Positions 20,672 to 31,606 of a stretch of 42,411 nucleotides of DNA are shown here, piece after piece. This DNA comes from Octopus sinensis (lineage: Eukaryota), in NCBI RefSeq assembly GCF_006345805.1, contig NW_021835100.1, positions 1 to 42,411 on the forward strand, given 5' to 3'. The notes beneath the pieces were generated by a model, which was given only the letters and a program-made list of their open reading frames with translations, had not been told where the DNA came from and did not search any database. Made by a program: the position numbers and the translations under genes. Each line of letters starts with the position of its first letter. Position 1 is the first letter of the stretch.

Positions 20672-21045
20672 AGAGCGGGGAATGAAACTAAATGCTATTT
20701 TGTACACCCGTGAGGGATATATAACACAGTGAGCTCCCTTGTAGTGCGAAGCTGTCAGGGCAACCTTGACCAAACATTCCTGGAAGAATGTACACTCCAA
20801 TAGGGAGTGACCTACTGCAAGAGTCTTTAAACTACTATGTAGACTCATATAGGCTCTCTCTGTCTCTCTTATGTCCTCATTACGGATCTTGTTATATTTC
20901 TTCCGACCACTTCAAGACGCAACGAAAATTTTAGGAAAATAAAAATAAGGGAAAAGTGGAAATTTTAGAAAAAGAAATTAGTGGAAATTTTAGAAATAAG
21001 AAATAAGTCGAAATTTTACACACCCACCGGTAAAATTTCCACTTA

Positions 21046-21170
21046 TTTGCCTTTCATCCTTTCGGGGTCGATAAATAAAGTATCAGTTACGCACTGAGGT
21101 GGATGTAATCGACTTAATCCCTTTGTTTGTCCCCTCTATGTTTAGCCGCTTGTGGGCAGTAAAGAAATAT
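21046..21170 (+). mobile_element. SINE B, 3' part
   Basis: ttgcctttcatcctttcggggtcgataaataaag...gtaaagaaata. Confidence 0.85.
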
Positions 21171-21348
21171 ATATTATAAGGCACAAAAAGAAAATGACTC
21201 TCCCCAGACACAACAGAATATGCTTCAACACACGAACTCATATAAAGAATCTTGCAAACCGAATCCAAAAACGAAATAAAATTAATTTCCTATGTTCACC
21301 AGATACTTTTTCAGATTTTCTACACCGATGTAACTTCTTTATTATTAA

Positions 21349-22176
21349 CTAGCAGTATCGCCCGGCGTTGCTGGGATTTATAAGGGAAATAACTATATAA
21401 GCATTTTTAGAGACTTACCTCCCTTATATAATAGCAAAAAAAAGTTCATTAAAAATGGGAAAAATTGATGGTAAATTTTGTTTTAAATCGTAGACTCATC
21501 GTAGACGCGTGCTAATACCCAGAAGGGCTCGATATGAATCATGACTATAAGATACCCGGTTTTGGTTAAACTGCACCGCAAAATAAATATAATAATAATA
21601 ATGAAATTATTGTATACAGTGCTCAGGTGCACCACAACTTGTCAGAAAGTGCATATAAAGTATATGCAGAAATGTACAAATGTCTGGAAAGTGAACATGC
21701 TTGTGTGTGTATCAAGTGTAGTGTTGGCGAATCTCAGGAAGCATGGAAGTTTTGAAGGATGCAGTGCTCCGACAACTAACAACCGATGCCGGCAGTTTGT
21801 TCCATGCTTCAGCAACTCTCAGCGTGAAAAAATGTTTCCTGAAGTCATGGGAGCTGTGCTGTTTTCTGACTTTGTAAACATGTCCACGGGTGTTAGATAG
21901 GTGGAGTTTGAAGAGGTGCTCAGAGTTATTGTTTGTAAGATGGTTGATAATTTTATGGATGTCTGCCAAGTCAGCTGCCAGACGTCGGAGTTTCAATGTA
22001 TCCATGCCCAGGGAAGTAAGGCGTTCAGAATATGGCAAATGCCTGATGGAGGGTATTCTTTTGGTTGCACGTCGCTGAACAGCTTCCAGACGATTGATGT
22101 CCTGGGCAAATGTGGGAGTAGTTAGGAATCTAAATCGTAGGAGACAGACACACAACTTCACTTTTATATATAAAGA
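21349..22176 (-). mobile_element. Non-autonomous Helitron, copy 1 (interrupted by CR1)
   Basis: Minus strand A|TC ... GC-rich hairpin, then CTAG|T; homologous to copy 2. Confidence 0.82.
21583..22105 (-). mobile_element. CR1 LINE 3' fragment inserted in Helitron copy 1
   Basis: QDINRLEAVQRRATKRIPSIRHLPYSERL...TRGHVYKV...FRKHFFTLRVAEAWNKLPASVV; (ATT)n tail; gcaaa duplicated at 21578-21582 and 22106-22110. Confidence 0.92.
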
Positions 22177-22177
22177 T

Positions 22178-22345
22178 TTCCTGGGGTGGGGGGATGAATG
22201 CGATCGTCGTCATCAGTATTAAATATGTTGAATATAATCTGCTGAAAATTCAAAATATCTCAAGTGGTTGGAAAAATTCTATAAGATCCTTGAGTCGTTC
22301 TTGCCTCGGGATCGAAACTGCAAGTTGCCGGTCTGCAGAAATAAA
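22178..22345. repeat. About 170-bp block duplicated at about 23105-23270
   Basis: ggggtgggg.atgaatgcgatcgtcgtcatcagtattaaatat...gggatcgaa.ctgcaagttgccggtctgcaga in both. Confidence 0.88.
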
Positions 22346-22349
22346 TAAA

Positions 22350-22558
22350 TATATTTCTTTACTACCCACAAGGGGCTAAACACAGAGAGGACAAACAAGG
22401 ACAGACAAACGGATTAAGTCGATTATATCGACCCCAGTGCGTAACTGGTACTTATTTAATCGACCCCGAAAGGATGAAAGGCAAAGTCAACCTCGGCGGA
22501 ATTTGAACTCAGAACGTAACGGCAGATGAAATACTGCTAAGCATTTCGCCCGCCGCCT
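22350..22558 (-). mobile_element. SINE B
   Basis: Reverse complement of family B. Confidence 0.88.
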
Positions 22559-22560
22559 TA

Positions 22561-23074
22561 TCTATATATATAAAACTGTAGTTGTGTGAGTGTCTGTCCC
22601 CTTCGATTTAGATTCCTAACTACTCCCACATTTTGCAGTGCAGTTTAACCAAATTCGGGTATCTTATAGTCGTGATTCATATCGAGCCCGTCTGAGTATT
22701 AGCGCGCGTCTACGATGAATCTACGATTTTTAAAATAATTTAACATCATTTTTTATTCCATTTTAATGCATAATTTTTCGTGTGTCGATGGCGGCGGAGT
22801 TGGCGTCCATGGTCACACCTGCACCTGTGTTGCTTTTCCCCCTTCTTCCTTCCCTCGTGAAGCTGTGGGGAAGGGAGTGTAAGGAAATCATCGTCGTAAA
22901 GCGTTGTCAAGGAGACTAGCGTTCTTTTAGAACAACGACTTCATGGCTTGAAGACACCAAAACAGAAATGGCTAAGAAAGCCCGAATTGGCATCTATAAG
23001 GGAAGTAACTCTCTAAAAATGCTTATATAGTTATTTCCCTTACAAACCCGAGCAACGCCGGGCGATACTGCTAG
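22561..23074 (+). mobile_element. Non-autonomous Helitron, copy 2, with about 214 bp extra internal segment
   Basis: A|TCTATATATATAAAAC ... cccgagcaacgccggg-cgatactg-CTAG|T: 5' TC, subterminal hairpin, 3' CTAG, AT target, no TSD. Confidence 0.88.
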
Positions 23075-23279
23075 TAAATAAATAAATTAATTAAACTCTA
23101 ATTTAATTTCTTGGGGGTGGGGAATGAATGCGATCGTCGTCATCAGTATTAAATATATTGAAAATTCAAAATATTTCAAATGGTCGGGAAAAATTCTAAA
23201 AGATCCTTGAGTCGGGATCGAACCTGCAAGTTGCCGGTCTGCAGACATAAACAAATAAATAAATAAATAAAACACTAAG

Positions 23280-23600
23280 CGAGCACGTGGGAGTCGGGAA
23301 GCGACTTATTCCGTCTCCCGAACAGAGAAGAGTTATCCACCACAAACGGAAGTAGTGAATTCGGTGTCAGTTGGTAACTTGACGCCGCTGCCTCCTCTTC
23401 CGCCTTATTTTTCCTGTCGAACAGCAACAACTGATACCAGCCTCCCTTATTTTCTGATGGCAACAAGCAAAACAACAACCAGTACTGAGGTAGCTTCTTT
23501 GTCTCAGTGCTTCTTTTATATACACCCTTACCATGTATGTATACGCACGCAGGCAAGCGGCAGCAGCAGCAGTTTGTATTATTCAGACTGTAAGGTATTG
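23280..23600. promoter_or_regulatory. CpG-enriched candidate promoter / first-exon region
   Basis: Unique, GC/CpG-richer than flanks; CACGTG 23284-23289, CGGAAGT 23347-23353, minus-strand TATAAAAG 23520-23513 and TCAGT 23488-23484, plus-strand donor-like act|gtaagg at 23590. Confidence 0.4.
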
Positions 23601-23734
23601 AACTGAATGACAGAAAGAGAAAAGAGAAGATAGGAAGAACTTGTTTGGAGGTGGAGGTGATGAGGATGGAGTGAATTACAGGAACTGTTGAAGACTTTGG
23701 AGGCTGACACACACACACATATATATATATATAT

Positions 23735-24131
23735 ACACACTGACATATATTGACATATTCGTATATAGACCCACAGTGACATATATAGATAATAATACTA
23801 GCATCTTTATATATATATATATGTTATATACACACTGACATATTCGTATATAGACCCACAGTGACATATATAGATAATATATTATATATATATATGTTAT
23901 ATACACACTGACATTCGTATATAGACCCACAGTGACATATATAGATAATATATTTATATATATATATATTATATATATATATATAATGTTATATACACAC
24001 TGACATATTCGTATATAGACCCACAGTGACATATATAGATAATATATTATATATATATATGTTATATACACACTGACATTCGTATATAGACCCACAGTGA
24101 CATATATAGATAATATATTTATATATATATA

Positions 24132-24163
<32 letters not shown>

Positions 24164-24300
24164 GTTATTACACACTGACATTCATATATAGACCCACAGT
24201 GACATATATAGATAATATATTTATATATATATGTTATATACACACTGACATATTCGTATATAGACCCACAGTGACATATATAGATCGTAATACTAGCATC
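23735..24300. repeat. Minisatellite with constant core and variable (AT)n spacer, about 7 units
   Basis: gttatatacacactgacatattcgtatatagacccacagtgacatatatagataat repeated. Confidence 0.92.
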
Positions 24301-24809
24301 TTAAATTATACACACTGATATCTTTAGTTATATATATATTTTTATATGTATGTTGCGTATCTATACAGTCGAGTGTGCTGCTGATATATACATTAAAAAA
24401 CCTACTTATTTATAACTAAAGTTCCTTTATAAATTACATAAAATACACAGGAAATCAGTCAAAGTAGAACTTAGCATCACAAGACAGGAAGAATAGATAA
24501 TAATAATAATTATAGTAATAATGATAATAATAAAAGTTTTAAGTTAATATATCCAGGTTGCGGAAAAAAGAATAAAAAGTTTTAAAATATAATTTAATCA
24601 CGTAATTACTATATAATAATAATATAGTTAGGATAATATTGTCTCACATGTAAATAATAATTGTGCAAAATTAGAGTTTCCTGTCTTTTTAACAAAAGAA
24701 AAATTTTTAATAATAATAATAATAATAACTTGGATTTTTTGTCTCAGAAAGAGAGAAAGTCTTTTAAATTTTGCTTTAGATTTTATCTGACAGAAAAATA
24801 TCATAAATT

Positions 24810-24830
24810 CACACACACACACACACACAA

Positions 24831-24862
<32 letters not shown>

Positions 24863-24875
24863 CACACACACACTG

Positions 24876-24907
<32 letters not shown>

Positions 24908-24908
24908 A

Positions 24909-24939
<31 letters not shown>

Positions 24940-24949
24940 CACACACACA

Positions 24950-25005
<56 letters not shown>
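24810..25005. repeat. Cyclic compound microsatellite (AC)n-(TC)n-(TA)n, about 4 cycles
   Basis: Directly visible. Confidence 0.9.
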
Positions 25006-25009
<4 letters not shown>

Positions 25010-25487
25010 AAGCATATAAAATCCACACACATATACACACTACATAAGTTTTAGTATATAAAATATACAGACTATATATATATAATTAATTTGTCATAGG
25101 ATTCAATTTTAAATCCCGTTTCTATCCTCTTTATATATAAATAAGGTCCTTAATATATATATACACACACACACAGAGTCTCAGGTTCTTTGCATCTCTT
25201 TCTGTTGGCAGAAAATTTTTGTTCAGACAAGTTACGTGAAGAATCATATTCTAGTCTTTAAGGAAGTTCCTCTCCACCTTCTCCTCCTTCTTATCTCTAC
25301 TTCCCTCCCCCCACCGCTCTAATTCATTCTTTCTTTTCTTCTCTCATTCCTCCCCTTCTTCCCCCTCTCTCTATTCTCCATCTAATTCGTTTTCCCCTCC
25401 TTCTCTCCCTCTCTCTCTCTCTCTCTCTAACCTTACCCCTTCACTTCATCAATTTGACATTTACCAAAATATTTTCTTTTTGGACAG

Positions 25488-25527
25488 ATACCAGAAGCAT
25501 TTGTCCCCTTTTTTTTTCACTTTTCTG
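25488..25527 (+). other. Candidate 40-nt non-coding exon
   Basis: ttttctttttggacag| ... ttctg|gtaagg. Confidence 0.25.
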
Positions 25528-25998
25528 GTAAGGAACCGTTTTCATATTCCTCCTGATCCCTCCTTAACCTAAACCCTACCAGGACACTGAAAGATCTACA
25601 CAAATTATCTAAATAATTACACACAAGCACTTGTAATTACACACTATATATAAGTATATACTTATGAATATATAATATAAACCCATCTGTGTGTATGTGT
25701 GTGTGTGGTGTGTGTATATAATGTAACAACAGTAGAAGTAGTTGTGTGTGGAGTTAATAAATAAATCAGTCAGATCAGAGTGTGTGTGTGTCTGTGTGTG
25801 GGACATGACAGGTCAGGTCGGTCTCCAAACCTGGGAATAATAAAAAGTGTGAACTTAGGTAAAAAAACAGCGGGAAAACAAAAATCCCAATTAAACTATT
25901 ACAACAGACAAATATTGATGATAATAAGAAGAATACTAATTAAACATTGGATATACCAAAAGTGTTGAGCGGTTTTTGAGGAGGTGTGAGTTTTTTAC

Positions 25999-26035
25999 AT
26001 GGGAGAGGAAGACACAGGAGACAGACCAGACTTTG
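25999..26035 (+). CDS. Candidate first coding exon of a downstream + strand gene
   Basis: ATG...MGEEDTGDRPDF then TTG|gtaagt (consensus donor, phase 1); unique sequence, Inr-like TCAGTC at 25766. No later exon identified with confidence. Confidence 0.35.
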
Positions 26036-26119
26036 GTAAGTTTTAAATTCGATTATAATTACAGAAATATTGCGGGATTTATTAATTGGACGCACTTTGT
26101 GGACCTGAGGGGAAGATAG

Positions 26120-26496
26120 AAGGTAACACACATGTATGTGTTATATATATATGTATATATACATGCATGTGTATTTACCTCTGTATGTATATATACACAC
26201 ACGTCTATCTATCTATCTATCTATCTAAACGTGTATGTATGTATGCACATGTATATATATATATATATATATAGACACATCTTTAATTAAACTATATGTA
26301 TATATACACACACTTCTATCTGTCTATCTATCTAAACGTTTATGTATGCATGTGTATACATACATACCTACAAGTGCGTGTGAATTTATATATATATATA
26401 TACTCGCATGTGTATTTACCACTATATGTATATATACACACGTCTATATAAACGTGTATAAATGCATGTGTATACATACATACCTACAAGTGCGTG

Positions 26497-26539
<43 letters not shown>

Positions 26540-27110
26540 TTATACTCGCATGTGTATTTACCACTATATGTATATATACACGGTACCTATATACACACAC
26601 TTCTATCTATCTAAACGTATATGTATGTATGCATGTGTATACATACCTACCTACAAGTGCGTATACTCGCATGTATATTTACCACTATATGTATATACAC
26701 ACACTTCTATGTATCTATCTAAACGTTTATGTATGTATGGATGTGTATACATACATACCTACAAGTGCGTGTGAATTTATATATATATATATATATACAC
26801 ACATATATACTCGCATGTGTATTTACCACTATATGTATATATACACACGTCTATCTATCTATATAAACGTGTGTATGTATGCATGTGTATACATACATAC
26901 CTACAAGTGCGTGTGAATTTATATATACATATATACTCGCATGTGTATTTACCACTATATGTATATATACACACTCTTCTATCTATCTACCTATCTGCCT
27001 ATCTATCTATATAAACGTGTGTATGTATGTATGTGTATACATACATACCTACACGTGCGTGTGAATTTATATATATATACATATATATACTCGCATGTAT
27101 GTATCTTCCA
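26120..27110. repeat. Microsatellite-mosaic tandem repeat, about 6-7 variable-length units; inverted partial copy at 28440-28562
   Basis: atactcgcatgtgtatttaccactatatg and catacctacaagtgcgtgtgaattt recur. Confidence 0.88.
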
Positions 27111-27174
27111 TACATATATATATATATACGTGTGTGTGTGTGTGTATAATTGGACGCAGCTGGTACTTCCTTGA

Positions 27175-27219
27175 GTAGCTAATGGTGTCTTTCACGTGTT
27201 ATACGATTCTTCAGGCTGC
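27175..27219 (-). ncRNA. Candidate minimal type I hammerhead ribozyme (slightly degenerate)
   Basis: Minus: GCAGC CTGAAGA ATCGT-ATAAC-ACGT GAAA G-ACACCA-TTA GCTAC; helix I 4 of 5 pairs, bulged helix II, UUA site. Confidence 0.45.
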
Positions 27220-27227
27220 ATGCAGTG

Positions 27228-27265
<38 letters not shown>

Positions 27266-27568
27266 CGCGTATATAATATATATATAGTCAGTTTCCACCG
27301 GTAGAGAAAACTCGGAAATCGACATCACTGTCAACAAAATTGTAGATTATAAAATGAATTGGCACATGTATTGAGTGCTTTGTTCAGTTTGTCGGTTTCA
27401 CTATATCTAAAGTCTTTTTATTTTAACCAGTCTCAACACTTACCCGTGTATATATGCAACTGTATATGTGTGTGTGTATATGTATATATATATATATATA
27501 TATAGCGATTTTGACGTCTATATCTAGCATGTTGACCGTCCACTTTTAGTGGTCAGTCCTTTAAATTT

Positions 27569-27606
<38 letters not shown>

Positions 27607-27968
27607 TTACTTACCCGTGTATATATGTAACTGTATATGTGTGTGTGTGTGTGTGTATATATGTATGTATATGTATGTATGTATATGTATGTATATATGT
27701 GTATGTATGTATATATGTATGTATGTATATGTATATATGTATATGTATATATGTATGTATATATAGGTATGGATGTGATAATGTATGTAAATATGATAGT
27801 GTCGAGTCCTCTTATTGTAATCATTTTAGGATGGAGCCTTTAGGTGTCAAATACTAGCTGATAACACTAAGCGAAGAGTATAAACTACATAACTGAGTCT
27901 GAAGAGGACAATCATTAATTGTTATAAAAATAACTGATAACATCCGTATTGTATAAAGCACTTTCCAT

Positions 27969-28000
<32 letters not shown>

Positions 28001-28284
28001 ATATATATTATATATATATATATATCGTTTATTATTTTATAGCCCTGCCCCCGGTCTGGGTTTTTTTTTTGCCCCCTTCAGTCATGGGGAATGTGTTTCC
28101 CTCACGATCGGATTTCGTGATCCTTTCAAGCGCCGACACATCACACGTCCCCACGAATGCGGTTTCGAATCGCAAGGACAGCAGCAGTCTGGGAACAACA
28201 TTATACACACACACACAACACACACACACACACACACACATGTATATATATGGGAGAGACATACACGCGAGTATATATGTATAT

Positions 28285-28440
28285 ACTTCAAATTCCGCCG
28301 AGGTCGACTTTACCTTTCATCCTCTCGGGGTCGATAAATTAAGTACCAGTTACGCACTGGGGTCGATGTAATCGACTTAATCCCTTTGTCTGTCTTTGTT
28401 TGTCCCCTCTGTGTTTAGCCCCTTGTGGGTAGTAAAGAAA
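28285..28440 (+). mobile_element. SINE B, 5'-truncated
   Basis: ttcaaattccgccgaggtcgactttacctttcatcc...gtaaagaaa. Confidence 0.85.
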
Positions 28441-28748
28441 CATATATGTATATATATAAATTCACACGCACGTGTAGGTATGTATGTATACAGACGCATA
28501 CATACATACACACGTTTAGATAGATAGATAGACAGACGTGTGTGTATATATATACATATATACACAACCTCTGCATGGCTCTTGTATGTTCATGTCGATG
28601 TAAGGCACCATTATTATGTAGTTATGGCCGTGTGCATGTATAATAAATAAGGGGATATATTTAGATTAAGGGCTTTTGTATATGACTATATATAGGGCTT
28701 ATACATGCACACACGGCAGATGATGTTGGGTATATATACATATATTAT

Positions 28749-28793
<45 letters not shown>

Positions 28794-28933
28794 TATATGC
28801 GCGCGGCAGTTGATGGGTGTATATTTTCATAGTCTAGTTCATTGGTGTATGCATTCGTAGTATATATAATATATATTTCCACATGACAGGAGTGCGTATG
28901 TGTGTGTATATATATATATAGATGTACATAAAT

Positions 28934-29149
28934 TTACTCTTTACTTTTTTACTTGTTTCAGTCATTTGACTGCGGCCATGCTGGAGCACAGCCTTTAATC
29001 GAGCGACTCGACCCCGGGACTTATGCTTTTGTAAGCCCAGTACTCATTCTATCGGTCTCTTTTTGCCGGACCGCTAAGTAACGGGGGACATAAACACACC
29101 AGCATCGGTTGTCAAGCAATGCTAGGGGGACAGACACAAACACACACGC

Positions 29150-29182
<33 letters not shown>

Positions 29183-29285
29183 TATACATACATACGACGG
29201 GCTTCTTTCAGTTTCCGTCTACCAGATCCACTCACAAGGCTTTGGTCGGCCCGAGGCTATAGTAGAAGACACTTCCCCAAGGTGC
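28934..29285 (-). mobile_element. SINE A, 5'-truncated
   Basis: Reverse complement of family A. Confidence 0.88.
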
Positions 29286-29534
29286 AATTTGTGTTAATAT
29301 ATTATGTATATAATATATGTTCATAAACATAAAAATACAGGGGTTTTTTTTTCAGTAGGCATGTATGTCTGTTTTCTATGCTGTTATGGGTTGGACGATT
29401 CGGCAGGACGTCGGACCCTGTCTGATTATCGAGTCTCTGACACAGTTTCCACGGTTGGTTGCCCGTCATAATACCAACCGCTCTGTCGATTGTATTTTTC
29501 ATGCTACAGGTACTAATCAGGTCACCTTGTAACT

Positions 29535-29761
29535 CTAACCCTTTAGTGTTCAGATTATTCTATCAAACAATATGTTTATTGGTTCACACTGATTTGAATT
29601 AATCATGCATTATCTCATATCTTCAAGATCTTGATGGTGTAATTACTTAATGTAGAATAACATTGTAGGGTAGGTGTGAGAGCCTGGATCTGGTCAGTTT
29701 GAACATAAAACAGATTAACTATTTTGGCCGGATAGGGCCGGTTTAAATACAAAAGGGCTAA
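29535..29761 (-). mobile_element. piggyBac-type MITE family 1
   Basis: ctaaccctttagtg ... aaaagggctaa, reverse of 2206-2435. Confidence 0.75.
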
Positions 29762-29928
29762 ACTAAAGAACCCTCATGATTGAGAGGAGCAATAGTAAAA
29801 AAGGTGGCGACGATGTAAGGTATTGTGTGAGGGAGTTTGAGGGCGATGCTAAGAGAAGATGACCTCGGTATAACTTCAAATTGCATCTGATCGTGGGGCC
29901 CCAGTTCAAGAGTTCCAGTGTCTTGAGG

Positions 29929-30237
29929 AGTGGAGGCACATGGCCTAGTGGTTAGAGCAGCGGACTTGCGGTCGAGGCATCGCGGGTTCGAATCTCAGAC
30001 CGGGCGATGTGTGTGTTTATGAGCGAAACACCTAAGCTCCACGCAGCTCCAGCAGAAGGTAATGGCGAACTTCTGCTGACTCTTTCGCCACAACTTTCTC
30101 TCACTTTTCCCTCCTGCATCTTGCAGCTCACCTGCGACCAACCAGCGTCCCGTCCAGGTGGGGAACCTATACGCCAAGGAAACTGGGAAACCGGCCCTTG
30201 TGAGCCAGGCATGGCTCGATAAGGAACAAACAAAAAG
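29929..30237 (+). mobile_element. SINE C, full length, with 11-bp TSD
   Basis: A box TGGCCTAGTGG, B box GGTTCGAATC; gtgtcttgagg at 29918-29928 and 30238-30248. Confidence 0.95.
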
Positions 30238-30496
30238 GTGTCTTGAGGGTTGTGGAACCATCTCTTAGCCACTGTTGTTCCTAAGTCTATTCTGACCTGG
30301 TGTATTAGTACCTGTCAGGGTCACAACCATGGTTTAATTAGCATGTAAATAGGGGTCAGCTGTGAATATGGAAATAAACGCCCCCACACCCACCCGATAT
30401 AAAATTTCAGGTGATCCCTTGGCAAGGCCCCAGCGCTTGGTAACCACAAGAGCCAGGGTTACATTGAAGTCATGGCATGGTGAATGGGAACTATTT

Positions 30497-31170
30497 CTAT
30501 TTCTTTACTACCCACAAGGGGCTAAACACAGAGGACAACAAACAAGGACAGACAAACAGATTAAGTCGATTATATCAGCCCCCAGTGCGTAATTGGTACT
30601 TATTTAATCGACCCCGAAAGGATGGAAGGCAAAGTCGACCTCAGTGAAATTTCAACTCAGAACGTAATGGCAGACGAAATACCTATTTCTTTACAACCCA
30701 CAAGGGGCTAAACACAGGGGTGACAAACAGGGACAGACAAATGGATTAAGTGGATTATATCGACCCCAGTGCGTAACTGGTACTTATTTAATCGACCCCG
30801 AAAGGATGAAAGACAAAGTCGACTTCGGCGGAATTTGAACTCAGAACATAGCGGCAGACAAAATACCTATTTCTTTACTACCCACAAGGGACTAAATATA
30901 GAGGGGACAAACAAGGACAGACAAACGGATTAAGTCAATTATATCGACTCCAGTGCATAACTGGTACTTATTTAATCGACCCCGAAAGGATGAAAGACAA
31001 AGTCGACCTCGGCGGAATTTGAACTCAGAACGTAGCTGCAGACGAAATACCTATTTCTTTACTACCCACAAGGGGCTAAACACAGAGAGGACAACAAACA
31101 AGGACAGACAAACGGATTAAGTTGATTATATCGACCCCAGTGCGTAACTGGTACCTATTTAATCGACCCC
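30497..31170 (-). repeat. Head-to-tail array of 5'-truncated SINE B units (186, 184, 184 bp plus a partial)
   Basis: Units start at 30497, 30683, 30867, 31051 with junction gaaatac|ctatttc. Confidence 0.95.
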
Positions 31171-31606
31171 AAACTATTTCTGCAGATGAACTTATTGGGA
31201 CATTGGTGAACAGCACTTGATGCTGAGTGGATGAACCGCCAAGAAACTGTCAATGGTCAGGATGAGCCAGTTTGGTGAGCAAACTACAAACTACTTGTTA
31301 TCATCTGTAACTGTGGTGAATGCAGAGGATATATTTTAGTTATTGAAATACTTATGCGGTGTTTATTGGTCTGGGCAAGTGGGGCTCAATAAGATGATGA
31401 AGAGAGAGAGAGAGCATAAGGAGAAAATAGAACTGTTAAGTGGTTGGCATCAGGAAAGGCATCTGGTCATAGAAACCATACCAAAAGCTGACATGGAACA
31501 CAGTGCATTCTTGCAGCTCAGTGGATTCTGTGAAACCATTCAACCTGTGCCAGCATGGGAAATGGACATTGAGTGATGATGGTAGTGGTGTTGGTGATGC
31601 TGATAA

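Noticed and set aside
23487-23510. let-7-like TGAGGTAG in a small hairpin
   Set aside because: Only 8 nt match; a 9-bp stem is far too short for a pre-miRNA.
23735-24300. CRISPR-like repeat-spacer array
   Set aside because: Eukaryotic context, spacers are (AT)n, no cas genes.
29420-29480. Minus-strand GAAAC-TGT-GTC hammerhead half
   Set aside because: CUGA core has two mismatches, extra bases precede GAAA and helix I is absent.
31186-31290. Exon-like segment with acceptor and gtgagc donor
   Set aside because: Stops in all three frames.
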